From IMG/VR virus record IMGVR_UViG_3300032167_004205: a stretch of DNA of 64,000 nt. One strand, given 5' to 3'. Source of the stretch: an uncultured virus (IMG/VR IMGVR_UViG_3300032167_004205). Its lineage: Duplodnaviria > Heunggongvirae > Uroviricota > Caudoviricetes. Made by a program: the position numbers and the translations under genes. Below the pieces are notes generated by a model. The model saw nothing but the letters and a program-made list of their open reading frames with translations, made no database searches and was not told the origin of the DNA. This document shows, one piece after another, positions 26,301 to 34,931 of this stretch (position 1 is the stretch's first letter; each line of letters begins with the position of its first letter).

Positions 26301-27955
26301 TCACGAATCGTGATGAATCGGTATCCGACACGACCATTCTGATTGATGATGGTGCGATCATCCGACTGGTTTATGACACGACACAGACCGACTATCAAAA
26401 CAAGGTTAATTTCTACGATTACGATATTACCGACGGCAAGCTGTATACCACCGAAGCAAATGCACGGGCGCAGTCTTCTCCGGTTTCTTCAGCAGCTGCT
26501 GGCACGAAATATTTTATGAAGTCTGACAGTTTTGCCGGTGATGACCAGGAAGGTATCAACTCCCACACAAACTATGGATCTACCGGCATAAAGTTTGCCT
26601 TCGGTAACGCAAACACCCGAGTTAAATTATGCCTCAATAGCTGGAATGGTCAGACTCTCAACAAAGCCAATTCCAATAACGCAACTGCTTGCACCTACGG
26701 TATCGCCAGCACACTTACAAATGGGAAGATTCAATATGCCGACGGAATCGCGGTGCCAAAGCTATTTGACGATGGCGCGGCTCTCGGAAAAACCGAATTC
26801 CCGAATTGCACGTTGGAGTTTGGTCGTGTAGGCGATACGTATACGCTGAAAAAGGTATATGACAAATCGGGAACGGTCATCGACAGTGGGCTGGATACTT
26901 TTACTGAGCGAACTAATTGGAACAAAACTAAAATAATGTACGCCAACGACTTCTGGCCGTTGGATAAAGCTCACTCTTATACAAACAACTATGCCTCTGG
27001 CCATGATATGCTGTTTGGTGCAACAGAGAATCAATTAACTTTTGTTGGAGCTCCTTATGATCTTAGTGATAAACAGAAAAACGATGATGGTCTGGAAAAC
27101 AACCCCACGAGTGACGACGCTATCGATCACAACGCCTACTTCGGTATGCAGTACGCGGTCAACTTTGAACTGACCGAAGATTATATTGGCCCTCTGGAAT
27201 ACCTGTTCTTCGGTGACGATGATATGTGGGTGTTCCTGACCCATCCGAACGGTAAATGCGAGTTGATTTGCGACATCGGCGGCGTCCACTCCTCCGTGGG
27301 TGAATACGTCAACCTGTGGGACTATATCGACGATGACGCATCCGGCACCCATACCCTGAGCTTCTACTACACTGAGCGCGGAGCTTCCGGTTCTTCCTGC
27401 TATATGCAGTTTACCTTACCCTCGGTTTCCTCTGCCACCCCTGAGCAGAGCACCGGACACCTTCGAGTCGAAAAAGAAGTAGCTGGTGCAGTAGTCGATC
27501 AGGAAAAGGAGTACCACTTCGATATCAAATTTACCGATGCTGCGGGCAACCGTCTGCTGGATGAGTATTCTTACACTCGCTATGCCAAAGATGGAAGAGT
27601 CATCAAAACCGACATTATTCTGTACGATGGAGGCAGTTTTGAACTGCGGGGTGGAGAATACATCATTGTTCGCTACCTGCCAAATGGTGCAAAATACGAA
27701 ATTACAGAAGCGAACCCAGACAACAGCTTTATAACGACTGTAAACGGAGTGGAAACTGCAACTGTATCCGGAACCATCGAAAAGATGAATACAGAAGTTG
27801 TAAGGTATACCAACACCTTCTACTATGAGCTGCCGGAGACCGGTGGCGGAGGTGCGGCAAACTACTGGATCTGTGGAGGCCTGCTGGCGATTATGCCCTG
27901 TTTGTGGCTGCTGCGCCGGCAGCGATACAGAGGAAGGAGGGTTACCGGTGGCTGA
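23396..27955 (+). CDS. LPxTG-anchored pilus-associated adhesin with His/Cys repeats, degenerate CHAP-like and fibro-slime domains
   Basis: About 18 C-x(4-8)-HxH-x(3-5)-C repeats; FFGDDDMWVF...DIGGVH...FYYTERG; LPETG plus TM segment and basic tail. Confidence 0.85.
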   Translation: MQKYDINMAKHFQVRRRWNNIWKRITMALASVVVFCTVYALILPAITMEPEYICGQESHLHTEACYQLPELTTLSSLICTSDTLGVHNHTPECYDENGEPKCGIADFVLHTHHSDCFDVNGELVCSLPEIKAHIHDEACWQHPHVHDEPCFIQQHGELLCTLEEGSLHTHLDTCYIQQQNLICSLPETESHTHTTEACYTETKTLLCNQSEVEAHTHSDNCYTIETIQICSQEETEGHTHGDGCFAEDGSTICVLPEIASHTHTDACFQTTSNFTCTLTETAGHSHSDTCYSEPTSTLICTTEETDGHTHSDTCYETVSVVTCALEENIPHAHTDSCFVCTPVLQCAQPTGEDAVSVLNCEKKELILHTHESACFDQTGACVCGLLEISEHIHDYTCFVITQAQTAEPVLVCDYEEHEHTEVCIAQKETDNIITSDQLIAEGFYCGIAKHIHKPENGCFVEDGMLMCTMTEHEHTELCNLDPAKRDQTDPADDWTFWLESMPAPTGVAADDLLEVARLQLDYRQSADYYTVTEEEEILYYNRYAGWWASLYDEVPYGDWNAKLIAFCLSAADIPFPLAETPSDWLWDPELADYLLAEGELPFPADIVFLDNNRVGIVTAVDAEKGKLDVILEWNGKVREKTFALDKDVLALARIPGNQPEGSLEPLPGEIVLPEQFVYEDEWLTMVLTVEGNAALPEGAVLSEETLLPEPVLTVQMLDDESDLYWQLMDAAQEHGEEGGLLGLTAMELQFWYGEYLLDTTACAMTAQITLKETLLAPPVQTYSLRAAVPTPAPEAETGVEVAVIQADGTAITGTDTAFFETGAPSPTMTFAVTNNVIAVATSTTANPHFTVQYYANIPRVQWSDTATTSGTLQIINTEGGNLPKNGQSIPMKYLRLDNNMTVLRQNTLTEVYAEHNYEYITAPNLIYFNRLYENANYSLKEVWMLKSGRSAESMNREDWNFYNPNTIHFTNRDESVSDTTILIDDGAIIRLVYDTTQTDYQNKVNFYDYDITDGKLYTTEANARAQSSPVSSAAAGTKYFMKSDSFAGDDQEGINSHTNYGSTGIKFAFGNANTRVKLCLNSWNGQTLNKANSNNATACTYGIASTLTNGKIQYADGIAVPKLFDDGAALGKTEFPNCTLEFGRVGDTYTLKKVYDKSGTVIDSGLDTFTERTNWNKTKIMYANDFWPLDKAHSYTNNYASGHDMLFGATENQLTFVGAPYDLSDKQKNDDGLENNPTSDDAIDHNAYFGMQYAVNFELTEDYIGPLEYLFFGDDDMWVFLTHPNGKCELICDIGGVHSSVGEYVNLWDYIDDDASGTHTLSFYYTERGASGSSCYMQFTLPSVSSATPEQSTGHLRVEKEVAGAVVDQEKEYHFDIKFTDAAGNRLLDEYSYTRYAKDGRVIKTDIILYDGGSFELRGGEYIIVRYLPNGAKYEITEANPDNSFITTVNGVETATVSGTIEKMNTEVVRYTNTFYYELPETGGGGAANYWICGGLLAIMPCLWLLRRQRYRGRRVTGG

Positions 27956-28028
27956 GAAACGGCCCCTTTTCCAAACTTTTCCGCAAAAATTATTTTGTTA
28001 TAGAGAAAGAAGAAAGGAAGAAAATCGA

Positions 28029-29462
28029 ATGAAAAAGTTTTTAGCGATCTTGATGACCCTGGTTCTCATGCTCTCCCTGGCCGTGCCGGCAATGGCTGTG
28101 GGCGATGGTAAAATTACCATTGACAATGCTGTTAAAGACCAGACTTACACTATTTATAAGATTTTTGATTTGGAAAGCTTTAGCGGCGAAAACTATGCCT
28201 ATAAAATTGCAAATACCAGCCCGTGGTATGCTTTTGTCACTGGCACTGGTGCAGGTGCTGATTATGTGACCATTGACGCCCAAGGATATGTAACTTGGAC
28301 TGCTAAAGAAGATGATGCAACTGCTGCAGCCTTTGCCAAAGCTGCTCAGGCTTACGCCAAGACAAAGAGCATTTCTAATCAGGGTGAAAAAATTGCTGTA
28401 AATGCTACTGTTGAGTTTACCGGCCTTGATTTAGGTTATTATCTGGTAGACACTACCTTGGGTACTCTGTGCTCTCTGAATACCACAGATAAAGAGGTCA
28501 CCATCAAAGAAAAGAACGTAGCTCCCGTCATTACCAAGAAAGTTGAGGAAGATTCCAACAACTTTTGGGGCGAGACTAACGATGCCGACATCAATCAGGT
28601 TGTCAACTTTAAGGCCACTATCACCGTTCAGAAGGGTGCCGAAAACTACATCCTGCACGATACCATGTCTACTGGCCTGACCTATAATGGTGTTACGTCC
28701 GTTAAGAGCGGTAATACTGCTGTGACTGCTGCGAACTACCAAGTGATTGATAATCCTACCGATAGTTGCACTTTTGAAGTCAAATTTGACAATGCATATA
28801 TTACTTCTTTGCCTGCTGGCACGGAGATTGTGGTTGAATACTCTGCCACTCTGAATGAGAACGCTGTTGTTGGTCTGGACGGAAACACCAATAAAGTCAA
28901 ATTGCAATATGGTGACGAGAATAAGCCCTCCTATACTCCCGAGGATACTACCGTTACCTACACTTGGGATGCAAAAGTTGTGAAGTACACCCAAAATGGT
29001 GCCACTGAAGTCATGCTGGCAGATGCTACTTTCAAACTGAGCACCGACAATGCAGCCACTACTGTTCTCAAGCTCCATAATCTGGGCGACAATAAGTATG
29101 AAGTCTGTGCTAAGGGCGATTGCGGCGAGAATCATGTGACTGAAATCACCACTGATGCCACCGGTATTTTCAATATTGAGGGCTTGGATTCTGGTACTTA
29201 CTATTTGACCGAAACTGCTGCTCCCGCTGGTTATAACAAACTGGCCAATCCTGTGACCATTGAGATTACGGGTGCTACTACCGGTGATGATGATAAGTTG
29301 ATTTACAGCACCGTTGAAACTAAGGTTCTGAACCAGTCCGGCACCGAGCTCCCCGAAACCGGCGGTATGGGCACCACCATCTTCTACATCGTGGGCGGCG
29401 TCATGGTCGTGGCCGCTGTGGTCCTGCTGATCACCAAGAAGCGTATGGGCACCGAGGGTTAA
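28029..29462 (+). CDS. Backbone pilin (SpaH/EbpC-like)
   Basis: Signal peptide from ATG 28029; E-box YYLTETAAPAGY; LPETGG sorting signal. Confidence 0.92.
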   Translation: MKKFLAILMTLVLMLSLAVPAMAVGDGKITIDNAVKDQTYTIYKIFDLESFSGENYAYKIANTSPWYAFVTGTGAGADYVTIDAQGYVTWTAKEDDATAAAFAKAAQAYAKTKSISNQGEKIAVNATVEFTGLDLGYYLVDTTLGTLCSLNTTDKEVTIKEKNVAPVITKKVEEDSNNFWGETNDADINQVVNFKATITVQKGAENYILHDTMSTGLTYNGVTSVKSGNTAVTAANYQVIDNPTDSCTFEVKFDNAYITSLPAGTEIVVEYSATLNENAVVGLDGNTNKVKLQYGDENKPSYTPEDTTVTYTWDAKVVKYTQNGATEVMLADATFKLSTDNAATTVLKLHNLGDNKYEVCAKGDCGENHVTEITTDATGIFNIEGLDSGTYYLTETAAPAGYNKLANPVTIEITGATTGDDDKLIYSTVETKVLNQSGTELPETGGMGTTIFYIVGGVMVVAAVVLLITKKRMGTEG

Positions 29463-29542
29463 ACTACATAGCTGATTTCATCACATAAACACCCAAACCG
29501 GGGAGGGGAAACCCTCCCCGGTTACAGTATCAAGGAGAGTCC

Positions 29543-30367
29543 ATGAAGAAGCATCTTTCTACCATCATTTTAATACTTATCTTCCTTATTGGCCTGTCCT
29601 TGGTGCTATACCCCACGGTGGCAGACTACTGGAACTCTCTCCACCAGTCACGAGCCATCGCCACCTACGCCGAAGAAGTCGCCAACATCGACACTGACAA
29701 ATATACCGAAGTTTGGCAGACAGCGGTAGAATACAATCGGAGCCTGCGGAACCGAGACAACATCTTTATCCTGTCTGACGAACAAAAAGTACAGTATGAT
29801 GAGCTTTTGAATGTGGGCGGCAACGGTGTTATGGGTTATATTGAGATCCCCAGCATCGGCGTCTCCCTTCCGGTCTATCATGGTACCGACGAGGCGGTTT
29901 TGCAGATCGCCATCGGCCATCTGGAGTGGACAAGCCTGCCGGTGGGCGGCGAAAGCACCCATTGCGTGGTCTCCGGCCACACCGGTCTACCCTCAGCTAA
30001 GCTGTTTACCAACCTGAATCAGCTGGAAAAGGGGGATACCTTCCTGTTTCGCATTCTGGACGAGACCCTTACTTATGAGGTAGACCAGATTTTGATCGTC
30101 CTACCCCAGGAAACCGACGCGCTGCACATCGAAGAGGACAAGGATCTTTGCACACTGGTGACCTGCACGCCCTACGGCGTTAACAGCCACCGGCTTTTGG
30201 TGCGGGGACACCGGGTAGAGAACGCCGAGATCGCAAAGACCATCCGTGTCACAGCCGACGCCATGCAGATTGAGCCGCTGATCGTGGCACCGCTGGTGGC
30301 AGTACCCATGCTGCTGGTGTTGCTGATCATGGTCATGTTCGGCGGTAGAAAGAAGGGAGGAAGGTGA
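29543..30367 (+). CDS. srtC: Class C sortase
   Basis: SGHTGLP, TLVTCTPYGVNSHRLLVRG; N- and C-terminal TM segments. Confidence 0.95.
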   Translation: MKKHLSTIILILIFLIGLSLVLYPTVADYWNSLHQSRAIATYAEEVANIDTDKYTEVWQTAVEYNRSLRNRDNIFILSDEQKVQYDELLNVGGNGVMGYIEIPSIGVSLPVYHGTDEAVLQIAIGHLEWTSLPVGGESTHCVVSGHTGLPSAKLFTNLNQLEKGDTFLFRILDETLTYEVDQILIVLPQETDALHIEEDKDLCTLVTCTPYGVNSHRLLVRGHRVENAEIAKTIRVTADAMQIEPLIVAPLVAVPMLLVLLIMVMFGGRKKGGR

Positions 30368-30368
30368 A

Positions 30369-31223
30369 GTGATGGGCAATCAAAAGACCAACTACCCCAA
30401 AATTACCGTTGGCTACCGTGTGGGCAAACTAATGGTGGCCGAACCTACGGACAACCGAAAAAACGGCTATATGATCTGGCGCTGTTCCTGTAACTGTGGG
30501 GGAGAAATTCTGTTGGATACCCGCACCCTTCAGCGCGGAACGATTTCCGATTGTGGCTGCGCTACGAGGGTTTCTCCCGGACAAAAAGACCTCACCGGTA
30601 TGCGCTTTGGGCATCTTGTATGTCTGGAACCTACGAATCAGCGCAGCAAAGGTGGCAGTACAATCTGGCAGTGCAAATGTGACTGCGGCAGCGAATGTTT
30701 CGCCGCCAGCAAACAGTTGACGCGGGGATATAAAAAAAGCTGTGGTTGCCTGAGCCATCCTCCCTTGAAAGACTATGTTGGGAAACGATTTGGTCAGCTG
30801 ACCGTCGTAAACTATTATGGCAAACTGGAAGGTGCCCACCGTTGGGCGTGCAAATGCGACTGCGGCAACACGACAATCGTCCACCAGACACTGCTGCAAT
30901 CCGGCAAAACCAAAAGCTGCGGCTGCCTGCAGGCCAACATTATCAAGGACAACATGAAGTTCGTGGATGGAACGTCCGTAACGATGTTGGAGAATGCTGA
31001 AAAACGGCTGATCTGCTCCAACTCCAGCGGTCATAATGGTGTTTATTTGAACAAAAAAACAAAAAAATGGGTCGCGCAAATCACGTTTAAAGGGAAGACC
31101 TATTACCTTGGCACCTTTGCGAAAATCGAAGACGCCGTCACTGCCCGGAAGAAGGCAGAAGAGCGCATGTATGGCGAGTTTTTGGCGTGGTATCACGAAG
31201 AATACACCTCCCAAAATCCATAA
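30369..31223 (+). CDS. Three CxCDCG/SCGC repeats fused to an AP2 domain
   Basis: Repeats followed by N.SGHNGV.......KWVAQI.......YLG.F...EDA..AR..AE; no HNH motif. Confidence 0.85.
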   Translation: MMGNQKTNYPKITVGYRVGKLMVAEPTDNRKNGYMIWRCSCNCGGEILLDTRTLQRGTISDCGCATRVSPGQKDLTGMRFGHLVCLEPTNQRSKGGSTIWQCKCDCGSECFAASKQLTRGYKKSCGCLSHPPLKDYVGKRFGQLTVVNYYGKLEGAHRWACKCDCGNTTIVHQTLLQSGKTKSCGCLQANIIKDNMKFVDGTSVTMLENAEKRLICSNSSGHNGVYLNKKTKKWVAQITFKGKTYYLGTFAKIEDAVTARKKAEERMYGEFLAWYHEEYTSQNP

Positions 31224-31276
31224 GGTTCCGGTAAGTCCGCGGGCCGTGGTCCAATTGCCATCTCAGAGAAAGAGCA

Positions 31277-31322
31277 AAAATCCCGCAAACCCTTGAAACA
31301 ACAGGGGTTGCGGGATTTTTTT
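31277..31322. terminator. Bidirectional terminator closing the pilus block
   Basis: AAAAATCCCGCAAACCCT...AGGGGTTGCGGGATTTTTT. Confidence 0.8.
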
Positions 31323-31499
31323 GTGTTTTTGTGCGGTTATAATCCCAGGGCAAGGCCGTCCCGGTGGGGGTCGGCGGCAAATGTAGTTTTGAAGCATTGC
31401 CGCTGCTTCTTTGTATTGGATGTAAAAGGCAACCTCCCTACCGTACAATTGCTATGAGCGTTTGCGATAAAACTTGACTGAAAGTTCCGTTAAATCATA

Positions 31500-31528
31500 T
31501 TGACAGTATGAAATAAGCTCGGTAAAAT
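31500..31528 (+). promoter_or_regulatory. SigA-type promoter upstream of the head operon
   Basis: TTGACA-17-TAAAAT; the -35 is overlapped by the near-palindrome TCATATTG-A-CAGTATGA. Confidence 0.75.
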
Positions 31529-31666
31529 TTAAGTAGGTACTTTTTCCTACACAGTACTCAGATGGCTCCCTGCAGAGCGGTAAAGCCCACTTCCTCCCCC
31601 CTCCCCTTTTCCGTGTCGGTTGACAATGATGGTGGAAGTACGGCACTCCTTTTTTATTTGCAAAGC

Positions 31667-31840
31667 GGGGATTCACTGGGGAAGACAGTTTTGCAGTTTC
31701 CAGACCTTCTCCCCCCTCAAATTGGTCAAGCGAAACGCCGGCATACAGGCAAAGCCGCAAACCTGTATATGCCGCTGAATGCGGCACCCTGGGAACTGCA
31801 TATTTGGGCAAAGTGGGTTCAACTCCCGCAATTCCCATCA
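31667..31840 (+). ncRNA. tRNA-like structured RNA with a large insert
   Basis: Acceptor-like GGGGATT/AATTCCC+A; T-arm GTGGG-TTCAACT-CCCGC; D-like ACTG-GGGAAGA-CAGT; 12-bp stem 31692-31703/31789-31800. Confidence 0.6.
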
Positions 31841-31860
31841 AATCAAACTAAAACAGGTCG

Positions 31861-32046
31861 GTGAATGTATTTTTGCCAAACGACATCGTAAAGGTTTTCT
31901 GCCCCGCTTGCAGCACATGGCTGTGTATGGTCGGAACAGAAACTACCGGCCGGATCGCTCCCTATTGCAAGCGATGTAAAAAGAATATCATTATTAAACT
32001 AAGTGCCGAGTGCCAGTCATCTTGTACGCAGAACGCAAGTGTATGA
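31861..32046 (+). CDS. Mu Com-like zinc-finger protein
   Basis: 61 aa, VFCPACSTWL...YCKRCKKNIII; CxxC...CxxC layout and size resemble Com. Confidence 0.7.
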   Translation: MNVFLPNDIVKVFCPACSTWLCMVGTETTGRIAPYCKRCKKNIIIKLSAECQSSCTQNASV

Positions 32047-32070
32047 GTTGACTGGCACTTTTTTGTTTTT
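32002..32070 (+). terminator. Leader terminator with tandem AGTGCC motif (site 2)
   Basis: AGTGCC-G-AGTGCCAGTCA...TGACTGGCACT-TTTTTGTTTTT directly before the portal RBS. Confidence 0.85.
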
Positions 32071-32084
32071 GGAGGTGTTTTTTA

Positions 32085-33551
32085 TTGCTAGGCAGACGAA
32101 AAATATTCTGCGATGCTGACACAATCCATACCGGCAATATTGAAGAGATCATCGCAGAAGCCTTACGCATTCATCACCAGAATGCCAGAGAAATCAAATA
32201 CCTCCGTCGTTACCTTGCCGGCGATCAGCCAATTTTGCACCGGACAAAGAAGACCCGTGAGGATATCACCAACAAAGTCGTTGTAAACACCGCCAGTGAG
32301 GTCATGGACTTCAAATTATCCTATATCTTTGGCTCACCTATCGACATCGTCCGCTCTGCCAACTCAGACACGACTGTTGACATCACACCATTTCAGCAAA
32401 TGATGGATGAGCAAGGCAAAGACGACGTTGATCAGACAATCGCGCTGGATATGCTCACTTGCGCCTTGGGTTATCGCGGTATATTGCCTAACCCAAACGA
32501 TGGGGACCTCTCCCCTTTTTGTATTGTGGACATGGCTCCGGAAACTACCTTTTGCGTCTATCAAAACGACGTGTTCAAACGAAAAGTCCTTGGTGTGTCT
32601 TACCTGAAAAAGCTGGATGGCTCCATGTACCTGACAGCCTATTCTGACACCACCCGTTTTGAACTTGCTTCGGTATCTCCAGGCGATACTCTGAAATTGA
32701 TCGGGGTCTCTCCCAACGGCATTGGTGCGATCCCCATTGTGGAATACGCCATGCCCGAGCTTATGGGGGCATTTGAAAAAGCCATCCCTTTAATGGATGC
32801 ATTAAATACCTCCGCTTCCAATCGTGTGGATGATTTGGAGCAGTTTGTTCAGAGCATTTTATGGATCTCCGGCGTTGATTTAGACGAACATGCTCAGGCA
32901 CAGCTGAAGGAATCCCTATGTCTCCTTACACCAAATGTCCAGGATGGAGTTCAGCCGCAGGTTAAATTCCTTGTAAACAACCTGGACCAGGCGGGCATTC
33001 AGGGCATGGTGGACGACCAGTACTATCACATTTTAGAGGTGTGCTCCGTCCCCGGCCGTGAGCAAAGCAGCGGTGGAAACACCGGCGCCGCTACCGAACT
33101 GGGGGCCGGCGGCTGGCGCAAAGCGCAATACAGCGCCGACCGCATCATTTCCGCTTGGAAAAAGGGTGACCGTGAAATGTACCGTGTGGCCCTGGCCATC
33201 CTTGAAAAAAGCTCCAAAACCCCGGCTTCCTTAGCCGGTCTGAAGGTCACAGACCTTCAAACTAAGTTCACTTTGAGCAAGTCCAATGACCTTCTTACCA
33301 AAACACAGGGTATGTTAAACCTGATGCAGGCAGGTGTCTCCCCTCGCATCGCCTATCGTGAGGTGGGTGTGTTCTCTGACCCTGAACAGGTTTATGAAGA
33401 GAGCAAGAACACCGCCGACAAAGCTATGGAGAAGATGCACGGCACCGAGGATAAGTCCCTGGGCGCTGTGGATGTGACTAATCAGCCCCAGACGGCAGAC
33501 AGTTTGGAACGGAATGTTACCGGCAAGGGCAACATCCAGAAGCAGGACTAA
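32085..33551 (+). CDS. Portal protein (SPP1 gp6-like)
   Basis: NKVVVN.A....DFK.SY.FGSPI, NGIGAIPIVEY and D.LN...SNR.DD.EQFVQS motifs; GGAGGTG RBS and TTG start. Confidence 0.9.
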   Translation: MLGRRKIFCDADTIHTGNIEEIIAEALRIHHQNAREIKYLRRYLAGDQPILHRTKKTREDITNKVVVNTASEVMDFKLSYIFGSPIDIVRSANSDTTVDITPFQQMMDEQGKDDVDQTIALDMLTCALGYRGILPNPNDGDLSPFCIVDMAPETTFCVYQNDVFKRKVLGVSYLKKLDGSMYLTAYSDTTRFELASVSPGDTLKLIGVSPNGIGAIPIVEYAMPELMGAFEKAIPLMDALNTSASNRVDDLEQFVQSILWISGVDLDEHAQAQLKESLCLLTPNVQDGVQPQVKFLVNNLDQAGIQGMVDDQYYHILEVCSVPGREQSSGGNTGAATELGAGGWRKAQYSADRIISAWKKGDREMYRVALAILEKSSKTPASLAGLKVTDLQTKFTLSKSNDLLTKTQGMLNLMQAGVSPRIAYREVGVFSDPEQVYEESKNTADKAMEKMHGTEDKSLGAVDVTNQPQTADSLERNVTGKGNIQKQD

Positions 33552-33554
33552 CCT

Positions 33555-34151
33555 ATGCTCCCTATCGACGAGTTAAATGTTCTGCGCTCTCAGCTTCGGG
33601 AATTGGTTTCCGCCGTACAGCGTGAAGTCGTACAGTATGACAACATTGATTTTCTGATAGACCTCCTTGCCTCCACGGTAGTCCCTATTGTGGAAGAGTG
33701 GTTGGAGACAGAGTACGACAAAGCCTACCGTTCCGGTATTGAGCCATGGCTCAACGCCCTCCCGGATGATGCCGCTCGAACACGGGCGCTTTACACATCG
33801 GTAGGTGGAAAAACCTTTGTCGAGCGCATCGAAGAATATGCTGCCGGGGATCTAGGGCTGTTTGTCTCAAAAGTAGAAACGCTTTTAAAGACAGACGGCC
33901 ATCGTGTCCGCTCAACGGGCACATTACACGCCGGCGAAACGCTATCCTCCGTGGGTCTGACGGTGCATAAGACCTGGCGTGGTGTTTTGGACGAACAGGA
34001 GCGGGATGCCCACATTGCTCTGGAAGGTGTAAGCCTGCCATTGGACGGCCTGTTTCAGGTGGCCGAGCACACCGCTCCCGCTCCGGGCCTGTTTAACAAC
34101 CCGGCCCTGGACTGTAACTGCCGATGTGAACTGGAAATCAGCGTAACATGA
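33555..34151 (+). CDS. Head morphogenesis protein (Mu gpF/SPP1 gp7-like)
   Basis: KTW...D...R..H..L.G...P.D..F...PG...NCRC motif; follows the portal. Confidence 0.8.
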   Translation: MLPIDELNVLRSQLRELVSAVQREVVQYDNIDFLIDLLASTVVPIVEEWLETEYDKAYRSGIEPWLNALPDDAARTRALYTSVGGKTFVERIEEYAAGDLGLFVSKVETLLKTDGHRVRSTGTLHAGETLSSVGLTVHKTWRGVLDEQERDAHIALEGVSLPLDGLFQVAEHTAPAPGLFNNPALDCNCRCELEISVT

Positions 34152-34204
34152 CACAAGTCTTGTGTATGACTTAAAAATCACTTGTATATACCTGAAATTA
34201 TTTT

Positions 34205-34262
34205 AGTGCCATCAGTGCCGTTCTTCTCCTCTTTTTGGAGGTTATGGAACGGCACTTTTTTT
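34205..34262 (+). terminator. Leader terminator with tandem AGTGCC motif (site 3)
   Basis: AGTGCC-ATC-AGTGCCGTTC...GAACGGCACT-T6 upstream of the scaffold gene. Confidence 0.85.
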
Positions 34263-34343
34263 ATATTTCGGGTCCCCGGCCCCGTATTGCCGGAGAACAC
34301 ATTCCGCGGCCCCAACCGCTGTATCAAATGGAGGACATACAAA

Positions 34344-34931
34344 ATGGATTTGAAAACCCTGTTAGGCGACGCCTATAAAGACGACATGACCTTGGAAGAC
34401 ATCAATACCGCATTATCCAACCGCACGTTATTTGACGAAAGCGAACTGGAATCTCGTGTGGCCAACCGCACTGCAGCACAAAAGCGCCTGTTAGACACTG
34501 CCAACAAAAAATTGGCAGACGCGTTGGCCAAGCACAACGCCACCAGCGGCGAAAATGCAGATCTCCTGGCCCGTATCGCTACCTTGGAAACAGAATCCAT
34601 GGAAAACAAACGTGCCGCTGCCATCGCAAGAGAAACGGCATCCTATGTCTCCATGGGCTATCCGGAGGAGCTTGCAAGATCCACGGCTGAGGCATTGGTC
34701 GATGGCGATACCGTCACGATCAACGCTAACCTTGCGACCTTTATCACACAAAAAACAGCTGCCATTCGTGAAGAACTGATGAAAAGCACGCCTGCACCTT
34801 CTGCCAGCGGCAACACAAGTGCGCTTACTATGGATTACTCCAAAGCCAAACTGGACGCACTCAGCGCCGGTGATGAAGTGGCCTATATGCGTATCTGCCG
34901 TGAAGAAATGGAGCAACTTGCTCAACAATGA
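34344..34931 (+). CDS. Capsid scaffolding protein
   Basis: GGAGG RBS, MDLKTLLGDAY start; coiled-coil character; position before the capsid gene. Confidence 0.75.
   Translation: MDLKTLLGDAYKDDMTLEDINTALSNRTLFDESELESRVANRTAAQKRLLDTANKKLADALAKHNATSGENADLLARIATLETESMENKRAAAIARETASYVSMGYPEELARSTAEALVDGDTVTINANLATFITQKTAAIREELMKSTPAPSASGNTSALTMDYSKAKLDALSAGDEVAYMRICREEMEQLAQQ

Noticed and set aside
30369..31223. Active HNH homing endonuclease
   Set aside because: No HNH catalytic motif between the repeats and the AP2 domain.
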